NCBI GenBank assembly: GCA_049609505.1
Contig: JBMYYO010000001.1
Location: 1 to 63,116 of the forward strand
Source of the DNA: Akkermansiaceae bacterium
GTDB lineage: Bacteria; Verrucomicrobiota; Verrucomicrobiia; Verrucomicrobiales; Akkermansiaceae
DNA: 63,116 nucleotides
Direction of reading: 5' to 3'
Part shown: piece after piece, positions 18,185 to 27,630 of the stretch
Position numbering within the stretch: position 1 is the stretch's first letter
Layout of the letters: each line of letters opens with the position of its first letter
Program-made: the position numbers and the translations under genes
The notes under the pieces: model-generated
The model's input: the letters and a program-made list of their open reading frames with translations, nothing else
The model's database searches: none
Told to the model about the DNA's origin: nothing

Positions 18185-19558
18185 CTAAGGACGCACACCA
18201 AACACATCCACAGCACGGAGGTGGAGATGCTCAGGAGTGTCACGTTTTAATCCAAGCTTGAGATAACGGGCGGTGATTGGTTTTTCTAACAACACGCCCC
18301 AGCTTGCCGATGCTTCTTTTGCGGTCCACGCTTGGGTCCATGTTTTTTGATCGGTCGATGTCCAGAGGGTGAGTGTTTCAGCCCGCTGCTGTGAGCTGTT
18401 TCTATTGGCGATTTGTAGTGCTTTCACTTGGTAGGCCGCATGGAGATCAATGACGATGTGCGCGTCTTTTTCCTTATCGGTATGAAACGCAAATCCTTTT
18501 TTCGATAGAGGGCCTTTGAATAATGAAGCGTGCTGTGAGGGGTCATCACTGGCGGCGGATGACATGGTGAAAGTGGCGTTGTCCCGACTGATGTTTTTGC
18601 CGATGTTTTTGCCGTAAAGCTTAGAGTTAATCGGCACTGTTTCGCGCAGTGGAAGACCGGCTACGCGAATCCCATAGCGCAACATCGCTTTGCCATTGGC
18701 TCCCTTGGGGTCTGCCTGATGGGCTTGCTGGAAGGTTGTCCAAGCGGCGGGAAGTTTACCTTCGGTTGCGAGGGCTTTTCCTTTAGCTCCGAGAATCAAA
18801 CAACGCTGCTCGGGCGTGTGATGGGAGCTGGCGAGCATTTTATCAATTTCTAACAATGCATCTGCTGTCTTGTCTCCTTTGATCAACCCCGTGATATGGC
18901 GGACAAATTCCCAATTCCGAAACGACAGCCGTGCTTGGCATCCGGTGGAGTCATTAGGGTCAGCCTTCTTGAGTTGCTCGATGATTTTAGGTTCGTTTCT
19001 TAGGCCGAGATCGACGAGTTCTACCAATAGCCTAAGCTCTTCTTTAGCCTTCTTCTCACTCCGAGCCACGGCGAGATCTGCGATCAGTTTGTCGCGTTTG
19101 TTAGAGAGAGTGGAAATGTGATTGATATGTTTCGCTAGCGCTGCTGGGGAAGTGAGAATGCGGAGTTCTCGGCCTTGGTAGTTCTTGAGTAGGTGCCCAT
19201 CAGAGCCGTAGATTTGGATGGCGGGATAACTTCTAACCGTTTTGCCATTCCACCCTTTATGGGTTTTGGCCTGTGCCTTGGCGGCTTCTTTATCGAGGTG
19301 CTGCTTCACCTCAATCTGAGTGAGAACCAGGGGTTGCTTGAGCGATTGAGAGAACCCTTGGTCTTGCCAAATTTTCTGACCGAATATTTTGCTGGCTGGG
19401 TGCCATGAGCTGCCGTGGATAAAAACGGCGAGAGCGCAGCGCGATTTTTTTGCCTCAGCGAGAGCCTCAGCAAAGGTGTCCTTTCTTACTGGAGCCGCGC
19501 CCGCTGCTCCCAGAAGCAGCAGGATGATGAATAGTGAATAGTGAATAGTGAGTGACAT
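18185..19558 (-). CDS. Secreted protein with thioredoxin-like N-terminus, TPR-like helices and C-terminal discoidin (F5/8 type C) domain
   Basis: Start moved to ATG 19558 (MSLTIH, signal peptide); AEALAEAKK...GSSW...YPAI; AFHT...IVIDL...NR...ARYLKL. Confidence 0.7.
   Translation of the reverse strand: MSLTIHYSLFIILLLLGAAGAAPVRKDTFAEALAEAKKSRCALAVFIHGSSWHPASKIFGQKIWQDQGFSQSLKQPLVLTQIEVKQHLDKEAAKAQAKTHKGWNGKTVRSYPAIQIYGSDGHLLKNYQGRELRILTSPAALAKHINHISTLSNKRDKLIADLAVARSEKKAKEELRLLVELVDLGLRNEPKIIEQLKKADPNDSTGCQARLSFRNWEFVRHITGLIKGDKTADALLEIDKMLASSHHTPEQRCLILGAKGKALATEGKLPAAWTTFQQAHQADPKGANGKAMLRYGIRVAGLPLRETVPINSKLYGKNIGKNISRDNATFTMSSAASDDPSQHASLFKGPLSKKGFAFHTDKEKDAHIVIDLHAAYQVKALQIANRNSSQQRAETLTLWTSTDQKTWTQAWTAKEASASWGVLLEKPITARYLKLGLKRDTPEHLHLRAVDVFGVRP
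19528..19551. repeat. Heptamer tandem repeat (TGAATAG)x3 within signal-peptide coding region
   Basis: TGAATAG TGAATAG TGAATAG TGA read directly. Confidence 0.85.
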
Positions 19559-19568
19559 GGGTGGAGTG

Positions 19569-21587
19569 CTAATTCTGTTTCTTGCCGTAAACGTGGAACA
19601 TGTGGAAGTGCAGCGATGGCTGACCCTCATGGATGACGCGGACGTAGCCGGCGTTGATTTTCCGTTTTGTTAGGTCAACACGATGGATTCGGGTGTGTTT
19701 CTTGAAGGTGTGGAGATCTGTCCACTCCTTGCCATCAATGGATGACTGTAGCTTGGCGTTAACCATTCTAGCAAACTGACCATTCCTGGTGACGATAACC
19801 GCGCCGGAGAGTTGGCCGTAGTTTCCTAACTGCACGGTAGCGGTGGCGGGCTTGGTGGAGGTGTGGAAGTCTCCGCCATGTTCCTCGATCACCCCCCAGT
19901 GGCGAGCGGGTGCGTCCCAGCGGTTGCCGGGCTTCGGAATAGCAAAAGTGCCACCAGAGCTGAGAAGAATACCGGGAAACTTCTCTGTCTTCACCTTGCT
20001 GGCGGGGTAAATTTTTGCGGTGAGTTTGCCGATGTATTGGAAGGTTGCCTTATCGCCACGGCGCGCGGCATCAGGCAGGATTTTCTTGGCGAGAGATTCG
20101 ATGACTTTGTTATAGCTGCCCGATTTTCCCTTGGAGAGAACCTTGCCAACGGATGCGAGGAAAGTTTGTAGGCGCTTTTCGTCTTTCCCAATTCTCTCTA
20201 ACTGGGTGGCAAGAATGTCGCCTGTGAAGAGGTTTTTTTCCGCATGGGCTGAGAAGACTTGGGCCATAAACTGATCGCCTGCTTTGACATCTTTGCCGAG
20301 AAGTTTGAGCTGGTGTTTCAGTGCTCTGCCGTAGTCCCAGCGGGCGAGACCCCAATTAGGAATACTGCGCTGGTAAGCGAGGAGGATCTTTCCTCGGCTG
20401 GTTGTTTTTTCTTCTCCTTTGGGAAGAACTCGAGGGTAGATATGCTTGTTTAATAAATGCCATGCCACTTCCCCCGCGATGGGTGAGAGGTGCTTGAGCA
20501 CGTCTTGGTGCAGTGTCTGCCACTGCGAGGGCATCGCCTTGGCTTGGGTGAGTAGCTGCACGGAAGTTTGCCAGTTTTCCCAATCGAGCGGGTAGCGTGT
20601 GCGCGCAAGGCGGATGGTTTCTAGTGCTTTTCCCATGCTGCTTTTGGCAACGTAATGGTTCGTGAGGCGGCGGAGATCGCCCGATGCGTGTGCGGCTTTC
20701 AGGTCTTGCTGGAATCGGGTGGTGTAGATGTGCCACCCCCATGAGGAGCCGTGGAATGAGGTGTGGGTGCCACGTTTCCAGGAGAGTGAGTAGGCGGGCT
20801 GCCAGTGCTCTGGCTTAGTGAGAACGGCGTAGGCGCAGTGACCAGGCTCGCCCATGGTGACGGCTGGCACACCATTGGCAATCGCAGCCGCTGCGCCGAA
20901 ATTAGAGAGCGAACCGCAGACCCCACCAACGTTGCGGATGATTTCTGCGTAGCTTTCCCAGCTATCCATGTAGGGTGCGTAGTAGTGGCGGCCGTGGATG
21001 GAATCGCCAAACGGGTTATGCAAAATCCAGCGCGCATACCAGCAGGCTCCGGTGTATTTCTCCGCAGGTAAGCACACTTCTTGGTTATGGTATTCCATGG
21101 ATGCCATGGAGTTTAGCCCACCGTGCTGGACCCCGCGCGCGAGGTAGCGGCGCTCGAAGACTGACCGTGTTTCATACATGGTGTTGAGCAGTCCGTATTT
21201 TTGTTTGTCGCGGAAATACTCGTAGCGGGGGAGCATTTCTTTTGCGGTCATGTTGCGCCGTGGCCCTTCCAGCGCGCAGGCGGTGGCCATCTGGCGATCC
21301 ACTTTTCTTGTTGTTAGTGATTTGTCCGTTTTCCAGATTTCGAAGAGCAACTGGATGACTTTGTTAGGCGATGTCACCGGGCCAGAATCACATAGCTCCC
21401 GTTGCCATTCTTCCGATGCAAGTAGTTCTTTGGAAAACTCCTCACCTCCTTCAAGAGCAGCGGACTTAATCAGAGCTGAGGTGTGCTGGCGGAGTAGCTG
21501 GCTTGCCGATGGCGCTGCGGAAACAACAGGTGCAGCAGCAAGCAAAACGGAAGAGACAAGAGCGATGAGTTTGAAATAATTTTTCAT
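19569..21587 (-). CDS. Secreted protein with transglutaminase-like Cys/His core and C-terminal discoidin domain
   Basis: Start moved to ATG 21587 (MKNYFK, signal peptide); GGVCGSLS...GVPAVTMGEPGHCAY; FHT...QSSIDGKEW...AGYVRV. Confidence 0.65.
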   Translation of the reverse strand: MKNYFKLIALVSSVLLAAAPVVSAAPSASQLLRQHTSALIKSAALEGGEEFSKELLASEEWQRELCDSGPVTSPNKVIQLLFEIWKTDKSLTTRKVDRQMATACALEGPRRNMTAKEMLPRYEYFRDKQKYGLLNTMYETRSVFERRYLARGVQHGGLNSMASMEYHNQEVCLPAEKYTGACWYARWILHNPFGDSIHGRHYYAPYMDSWESYAEIIRNVGGVCGSLSNFGAAAAIANGVPAVTMGEPGHCAYAVLTKPEHWQPAYSLSWKRGTHTSFHGSSWGWHIYTTRFQQDLKAAHASGDLRRLTNHYVAKSSMGKALETIRLARTRYPLDWENWQTSVQLLTQAKAMPSQWQTLHQDVLKHLSPIAGEVAWHLLNKHIYPRVLPKGEEKTTSRGKILLAYQRSIPNWGLARWDYGRALKHQLKLLGKDVKAGDQFMAQVFSAHAEKNLFTGDILATQLERIGKDEKRLQTFLASVGKVLSKGKSGSYNKVIESLAKKILPDAARRGDKATFQYIGKLTAKIYPASKVKTEKFPGILLSSGGTFAIPKPGNRWDAPARHWGVIEEHGGDFHTSTKPATATVQLGNYGQLSGAVIVTRNGQFARMVNAKLQSSIDGKEWTDLHTFKKHTRIHRVDLTKRKINAGYVRVIHEGQPSLHFHMFHVYGKKQN

Positions 21588-21707
21588 ACGTGGCTGGAAC
21601 AGATACTGCACAAATAGCACTAATCTTTGGATAAAAAAACGTAGATTCCTTTGCGCCATCTGCAAATAAGGATCGCAGTGCTTTCTCTAAATCCATATAT
21701 TGTCTTT

Positions 21708-23483
21708 ATGAAATCATGCCAACGTCTGCTCTTTACCGCTGCAACACTCGCTCTGACGGAACTTTCAAGCACAGCGCAGATATCATGGGTGGACCTTGCA
21801 AACCCGAATTCCGATCAAGCATGGACTATCGAAGGTCGCATCCACAGCGAGGCAGGATATGGCCGCTTACCCGCTAATGCAAAAGCCACCGTCCGCCCTG
21901 CCGTCTGGAATCTTGGCGCGCAGTCCGCAGGCCTAACAATTCGCTTCTGGAGTAATTCCCCAGACATTCACCTCCAATACCAGCTCACTGGATCGCTGGC
22001 GATGCCGCACATGCCTGCCACCGGGGTATCTGGTTTTGATCTCTACCGCCGCACTTCAGAGGGGAAACAACACTGGGTAGCAGCATTGAAACCCTCTAAG
22101 ACGGCGGCCACCGTCAAGCTCGCCGGAGGCCTCTCCTCACATCCACGTGTGCCCGCGCTCTACACCCTCTACTTGCCACTCTATAACGGCGTGAAGTCCC
22201 TCAAGATCGGCGTGCCGAAGGGGAAAACGCTGAGCCCGGCGAAGCCTAACTCACTCAAGCCAATAGTTGTCTATGGCACCAGCATCGCCCAAGGTGCATG
22301 CGCATCCCGCCCGGGCCTCGCCTGGACGAACATCCTATCACGCGGGCTTGATTGGCCAGTCATCAACCTCGGGTTTTCTGGTAACGGCACCATGGAGCCA
22401 GCCGTTGCTGATCTCTTTTTGAAAACAGACGCCGCTGTGTACGTGATCGATTGTCTGCCGAACATGAACACCCACGCGGTGAAAAAACGTATCGCCCCCC
22501 TGTTAGACCAAATCCGCAAGGCCCGCCCCTCCACCCCTATCTTACTCGTTGAGCAAGCCCCGCGCGATAACGCTATCTGGCATCCTGCTGGGCAGAAACA
22601 ACTCACCGCTGAGTGCGCCGCCTTGCGTGCTGAGTTTGATAAACGCAAAGCCACAGATAGAAACCTCCACTACCTGCGCGGTGATCAATTGTTAGGCGAT
22701 GACGGAGCCGCTACCGTGGATGCCGTGCACCCGAACGACATCGGCATGATGCGCCATGCAGATGCTTATGAAAACACCCTCCGCCCCATCCTCGGCATGA
22801 GCCGCAAGCACGCCACCGCAGGCATCGCCACCATCCCGCAGCTGCGCGAGATCCCAGGCTATAACTTCATGCTCCGCCACCAGCAGATCCTTGCCAGAAA
22901 TAAAACCACACAGCCCGATATCGTATGGTTGGGCGATTCCATTATCCACTTTTTTGGCGGCGAGCCCAAGGCCCACCTCGCCCGTGGTCAGGCCTCATGG
23001 GATAAACTTTTTGCTAATCAAAAAGTAACCAACCTCGCCTACGGATGGGACCGCACCGAGAACGTGCTCTGGCGCATTCAGCACGGAGAGCTCGATGGTA
23101 TTTCCCCCAAAACTATCCTGCTCTCGATAGGCACCAATGATCTATCCATCGGCCGCACACCAGCACAAGTGAGCGATTCAATTATTTCTCTAACAAAAGA
23201 AATTAAATCTCGCCACCCGAACGCAAAACTCATCGTCACAGGCATCCTCCCGCGCCGCGGTCATCACCAGCAACGGATTAAAACTAATAATTTGTTAGAA
23301 AAGCGATCAGCCTCTGCGGGCTTCACCTATCTGGATCTGGATAAAACCTTCCCCACTACAAACAAAAACGGAAAGCCCACCATCCGAGGAATGTGCCCAG
23401 ATCAATTACACCCTAACAGCGAAGGGTATAAACACCTCAGCGATACCATATCAAATCATCTCGATAAGTTGATGAAACGTTAA
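21708..23483 (+). CDS. Tandem SGNH/GDSL esterase (candidate O-acetylesterase)
   Basis: Two SGNH domains: YGTSIAQG...NLGFSGNG...DAVHPND and LGDSI...IGTND...DQLHPN; start at ATG 21708. Confidence 0.88.
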   Translation: MKSCQRLLFTAATLALTELSSTAQISWVDLANPNSDQAWTIEGRIHSEAGYGRLPANAKATVRPAVWNLGAQSAGLTIRFWSNSPDIHLQYQLTGSLAMPHMPATGVSGFDLYRRTSEGKQHWVAALKPSKTAATVKLAGGLSSHPRVPALYTLYLPLYNGVKSLKIGVPKGKTLSPAKPNSLKPIVVYGTSIAQGACASRPGLAWTNILSRGLDWPVINLGFSGNGTMEPAVADLFLKTDAAVYVIDCLPNMNTHAVKKRIAPLLDQIRKARPSTPILLVEQAPRDNAIWHPAGQKQLTAECAALRAEFDKRKATDRNLHYLRGDQLLGDDGAATVDAVHPNDIGMMRHADAYENTLRPILGMSRKHATAGIATIPQLREIPGYNFMLRHQQILARNKTTQPDIVWLGDSIIHFFGGEPKAHLARGQASWDKLFANQKVTNLAYGWDRTENVLWRIQHGELDGISPKTILLSIGTNDLSIGRTPAQVSDSIISLTKEIKSRHPNAKLIVTGILPRRGHHQQRIKTNNLLEKRSASAGFTYLDLDKTFPTTNKNGKPTIRGMCPDQLHPNSEGYKHLSDTISNHLDKLMKR

Positions 23484-23531
23484 TTGATTTTATTTCTTGT
23501 CAGTGTGGAATCTGGATTATATCTAACGGGC

Positions 23532-23579
23532 ATGTTCACGATATCTCCAACCATTGCGCCGAGTTCGCACGGAGTCTGA
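23532..23579 (+). CDS. Putative 15-aa leader peptide MFTISPTIAPSSHGV
   Basis: Short ORF with tandem TGA TAG stops immediately before a hairpin-rich leader. Confidence 0.4.
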   Translation: MFTISPTIAPSSHGV

Positions 23580-23600
23580 TAGACGGGTTTTTGTTTTTTA

Positions 23601-23724
23601 AGCAGACCTACTCGTTCTTGTAGGCTGCTGTGCGACCTTTTTGATCCCCTCTAATAGGGCACTTTTATTTAGGTCGTTAGGTGCGCATTTTTTCTTTCAT
23701 TCCATCGGGAGAACTGTGTCCCGA
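23601..23724 (+). promoter_or_regulatory. Attenuator-like structured 5' leader
   Basis: Hairpins AGCAG(A)CCTAC/GTAGGCTGCT (23601-23629), CGACCT/AGGTCG (23633-23676) enclosing CCCT/AGGG and followed by a T tract from 23688, TCGGGA/TCCCGA (23705-23724). Confidence 0.5.
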
Positions 23725-23741
23725 AACCACCGTGCACTCGT

Positions 23742-26249
23742 GTGCCCAAACTCAAACCAATCATTTTTATCACCGTGAAACCGGTATCTTCTATCATCCG
23801 TCGCGGCGACGGACTACGCACCATCGATGCTCAGTTTAAGAGTATCAAAACATACCAAGGTCCAAAGACCCGCATCGCAACGAGCCGTCTCCAGAGGCTA
23901 CGTCAGCACGATTCCACGCGCCCGCTTACCAAGGGTGAGCGCGAGCTCTTGGGCATCTGGTTTCTACTAGGTAAGGCAAAACTCTCAGTCCTCACCTACC
24001 GATTACTCGTTATCCTCTGCGCCAGAACCACCGCCGCCCCCGTGTGCAACACCAGCCCAGTGCCACGTCTTTCTAACAAACCCACCGATGTCAGACCGTG
24101 GCTCTGCGATCCCGCCGCCGTGGCAAGCTTACTCCGCCAGTTACAAGAATATGACGCAGCCCGGCCTATTGGCAAAAGACTCTGCGATCCATCCGATAGC
24201 AAGGTAGTCTATGACCCGTGGTTCCTTTTCCGCAGTGGAGAAAAAATCCGCCTCGGGGAGAATGAAATATCACCCGTCGTGTGGGAGCGCATCGCGGGCT
24301 TCACCACAAAGCTCTGCTACAAGGAGCTGCTGGCTATTGAGGCCCTCTACCAACAACACGCACACGAACAAGATTGGTGCGCGTTGGTTGAGATAATCCT
24401 TGGGCACACCAAGGGGGAAACTGGGCGGAACTGGCTCAGGCTGTTTGCTTCCCTCCCCGCCACCGTGCGGCGTAAGGAAGTGGAATTCTGGATGATGAAT
24501 TTCCCCAGAGTGAAGCACTGCCCAGGTGCCTTGGTCTTTCTCGCTAAACCAGCGTGGTTGTTAGAAACCACGGAAGCTCATGCACTGCACTACCTCTGGC
24601 GCGGGATGAAATACGGCGCCAGTACCAATCAACTCCGTAATGCGATAGAGCTGTGGAAGGTTTTTGACTGGTCGTATGGACCCCAGATTTTTGAAGGGGA
24701 GAGCGTTGAGATTCATTCTCTGATCCGCCTAACGAAACTTCTAACCACGCGTGAAAACCACGGCAGAATTGCACATGAAACGTGGGCGGCAATGCACACC
24801 CAGCCAGAGCTGCAAGCGTCCTTTGATGCCCTGGGTGATGAACCCTACGGCCACAGAGGCTGGCTGTTCCGCATCCTGCGCGAAGCGAGATACGATAATC
24901 GTGATGATGCTTTAGCCGCCGAGTTCAACCGTGACTTTGTGGAGTTGAGTCGTGTTTTGTTAGGCATTCCTCAAGAATACCATGGGAAGGCGAGCTACTA
25001 TTTTATAGAAACCTATTGGGATAGAAGCACCAAGTTTTCTGCTGCTGACTTGATGAGGCAGATCGCCGCACTTTGTGCTAAACCATTCACAACTTCTTCC
25101 GATGGCGATACTCTGTGGTGCAAGCTTATGAGCGATTGGGATGCGCAGGAGCTGCCGCTTTCTTGCTGGAAGCGCATCGATCACGCAGGACGCTCACGGA
25201 ACCACTTGAACGCACTAGAGACGGGTCTGGATCGGCTTAATGACAAGATCACCAAGCCCGTGCTCAAGGCAGGGCTGAAACTTCGGGTCCGGTTGAGTTT
25301 AGACATTGTTAGGCTTGCTGGTCGGGTATCAAAAATGGAGGTGGATGCTGCCGTGGCACTGCTCAAGGAACACCCACTTCTGGATGTCTCTCTCGATCAG
25401 CCGAACGATATTGAAACTTACCGCCATCTAGTGAGTAATAGCAAAGATCTAACAATCTGGCAGCGTCATCTGACGGGAGAAAAGAAAGTGCGTGCAGAGT
25501 CAGCGGACCGCATCCGGACAGAGCTGGAAGGCCGGAGAATCGAAATTCTGCTCAGTTATTTGCTAGGAGAAATAGCGCCACAAGAAGTACGAACAGAAGG
25601 CTTGCAGCTCCACACCCGCCTCTATGCCAATTGCGCGGATGAGAACCGCCGAGCATACGGAAAGCTGATCAAGCGTTACAGCGCCCAAGGTGAAAACGGC
25701 ATTCTGTTTCACCCGAGGAACCAGCACTGGCTGCACACTCATCGCTACGTCAGACAAGGTGTATGGCTCACTGGGCTGAGGGCAGAAATTGTTCTAACAG
25801 ACGGTAGGCGAGTATTCTTAGAAATGGAAAGACGTTTCGAGCAAGTGCTAAAAATGGGAACCTTAGTAAACAGTTGCCTTGCGCTTGATGGTATTAACTC
25901 CCACTCCGCCTTGGCGAATGCTGCGGATGTGAACAAGCAGGTGGTCATGGCCTATGACGATGAACAACGGTTCCTGGGGCGGCAGCTAGTAGGCATCGCT
26001 GAGGAACGCCGCTTGGTTTGCTTTGATGTTTACGGTCAGAATGAAGATCAGCTTCTACCTGCCTTCTCCGCTTTTGATTGTGAGCTTGAAAAACTCATGG
26101 CGCTACCAATCCAGAGAGAGGGTGACTACCAGCTCAAACCTCTCGTGTGCCGTGAGTGGTATGATGACTATGCATGGTCCCCACCATCGGCAAGTGACGC
26201 AAAAATAATCAACCTGCAATGGGGTGGTAGCCGGGCGGTGGTGAAATAA
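23742..26249 (+). CDS. Large cytoplasmic hypothetical protein, C-terminal region possibly PcfJ-like
   Basis: 835-aa ORF with GTG start, no signal peptide; C-terminal LKMGTLVNSCLALDG...SALANAADVNKQVVMAYD...GRQLVGI. Confidence 0.6.
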   Translation: MPKLKPIIFITVKPVSSIIRRGDGLRTIDAQFKSIKTYQGPKTRIATSRLQRLRQHDSTRPLTKGERELLGIWFLLGKAKLSVLTYRLLVILCARTTAAPVCNTSPVPRLSNKPTDVRPWLCDPAAVASLLRQLQEYDAARPIGKRLCDPSDSKVVYDPWFLFRSGEKIRLGENEISPVVWERIAGFTTKLCYKELLAIEALYQQHAHEQDWCALVEIILGHTKGETGRNWLRLFASLPATVRRKEVEFWMMNFPRVKHCPGALVFLAKPAWLLETTEAHALHYLWRGMKYGASTNQLRNAIELWKVFDWSYGPQIFEGESVEIHSLIRLTKLLTTRENHGRIAHETWAAMHTQPELQASFDALGDEPYGHRGWLFRILREARYDNRDDALAAEFNRDFVELSRVLLGIPQEYHGKASYYFIETYWDRSTKFSAADLMRQIAALCAKPFTTSSDGDTLWCKLMSDWDAQELPLSCWKRIDHAGRSRNHLNALETGLDRLNDKITKPVLKAGLKLRVRLSLDIVRLAGRVSKMEVDAAVALLKEHPLLDVSLDQPNDIETYRHLVSNSKDLTIWQRHLTGEKKVRAESADRIRTELEGRRIEILLSYLLGEIAPQEVRTEGLQLHTRLYANCADENRRAYGKLIKRYSAQGENGILFHPRNQHWLHTHRYVRQGVWLTGLRAEIVLTDGRRVFLEMERRFEQVLKMGTLVNSCLALDGINSHSALANAADVNKQVVMAYDDEQRFLGRQLVGIAEERRLVCFDVYGQNEDQLLPAFSAFDCELEKLMALPIQREGDYQLKPLVCREWYDDYAWSPPSASDAKIINLQWGGSRAVVK

Positions 26250-26307
26250 CTAATGTAGCTTTACCACAATTGAAACAACAGTGCGGTTGAATGCTATATA
26301 AAAATTG

Positions 26308-27630
26308 TTAAGCAAGGTCCAGCACGCCACCTTGGTTGAGTTTCTTTTTGCCAAAGTGAGGGATGTGATGGCCAAAGGAATGAGCGAGGCTCAGGAGAAA
26401 ACGATTGTGCGGCACCTTGTGCCCAAGGTTGACAAAGCGGTTCATCTTAAACCCTGTGCCGCCGCCGATGAGCACAATGGGGAGGTTGTGTAGGGTGTGT
26501 GAGTTTCCTTTGCCCAGCTCATTCACCCAGACGATGGTGGTGTTGTCTAACATATTTCCACTGCCGCCGGGCTCTGGCGTGGCGCGGAGCTTTCCTGCGA
26601 GATAGGCAAGCTGTTGAGCGAACCAGATGTTAATTTTTTCCAGCTTCTGTTGGGCGTTTTTGTTTTTATCTGGCTCATGGCTGAGCGAGTGGTGGCCTTC
26701 CTCTATGCCTAACCAGCGCATCCTTGCCTGCCCTACCGAGCGCATGAACTGCAAGCTACCAATACGGGTCATGTCATTGGCCATGGCATTGACAAGGAGA
26801 TCCATCTGCATTCTTGCGAGCTGAGGGGTGTTATCGTTAGTGAGTTCTATATTTGGATCCAGCTCTGGCTCTGGATGCACGAGCTGGCCGCTGGCCGCCG
26901 CCGCTTTCATCTCGCGCTCCAGATCCGCGATGAGCTGCATGTGTTGCTCTAAGAGTCTTTTGTCTTCGCCGCCGAGCGATGAGGAAACTTTTTTTAGATC
27001 GCCTCCAAGTTCATCGAGAATGGAGGCGTAGGTTTTACTGTCCTTTGATTTTCCGTAGAGCTTGTTTAGCATCTGGTAGGGATCGTTCAGTGGCGCGAGC
27101 GGTTGGTTTGATCCTGCATAGCACATCCGCGTCCATGGATCTGCTCGGTCAGGCACCGCCACGCCTACTTGCAGTGAGCCAAAGCGGGTGCGCGTGGCGG
27201 CTCTTTTCTGGAGGAAATTTTTAATTTCTTGATCGATAGAAAGTGATGACGCCCAGCCGGCGGGAGTGTCTGAGCCGCCTTGAATGTTTCCTGGGTGCAG
27301 GTGTGCTCCAGTGAGTAGGCAGGACATACCGCGCATGTGGCCATCGCCATCACCTCCCACGAGATTGGATAATCCACGCAGCACGAGAGTTTGTTTTTTG
27401 AATGGCTCTAGAGGTTTGAGGATGGATTGGAACTGCATCTCTCCATCTACCATTTTTGGCCAAAAATTAGGGGGGAGGGTGCCATTGGGTGAGAACACTA
27501 CGATGAGCCTTTGTTTTCTAACAAGTGAGGTAGATTCCGCACCCAATGATAAACCAGGTAGTCCTGTTAGAAACGGCAAGGCGGCGGGTGCGATGCCGAG
27601 GTTCTTGAGAAATGCGCGTCTAGTGGTCAT
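26308..27630 (-). CDS. DUF1552 family protein (Tat-exported)
   Basis: TRRAFLK twin-arginine signal, RLIVVFSPNG, SIDQEI, NDMTRIGSL, HHSLSH, MLDNTTIVW...GNSH. Confidence 0.9.
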   Translation of the reverse strand: MTTRRAFLKNLGIAPAALPFLTGLPGLSLGAESTSLVRKQRLIVVFSPNGTLPPNFWPKMVDGEMQFQSILKPLEPFKKQTLVLRGLSNLVGGDGDGHMRGMSCLLTGAHLHPGNIQGGSDTPAGWASSLSIDQEIKNFLQKRAATRTRFGSLQVGVAVPDRADPWTRMCYAGSNQPLAPLNDPYQMLNKLYGKSKDSKTYASILDELGGDLKKVSSSLGGEDKRLLEQHMQLIADLEREMKAAAASGQLVHPEPELDPNIELTNDNTPQLARMQMDLLVNAMANDMTRIGSLQFMRSVGQARMRWLGIEEGHHSLSHEPDKNKNAQQKLEKINIWFAQQLAYLAGKLRATPEPGGSGNMLDNTTIVWVNELGKGNSHTLHNLPIVLIGGGTGFKMNRFVNLGHKVPHNRFLLSLAHSFGHHIPHFGKKKLNQGGVLDLA

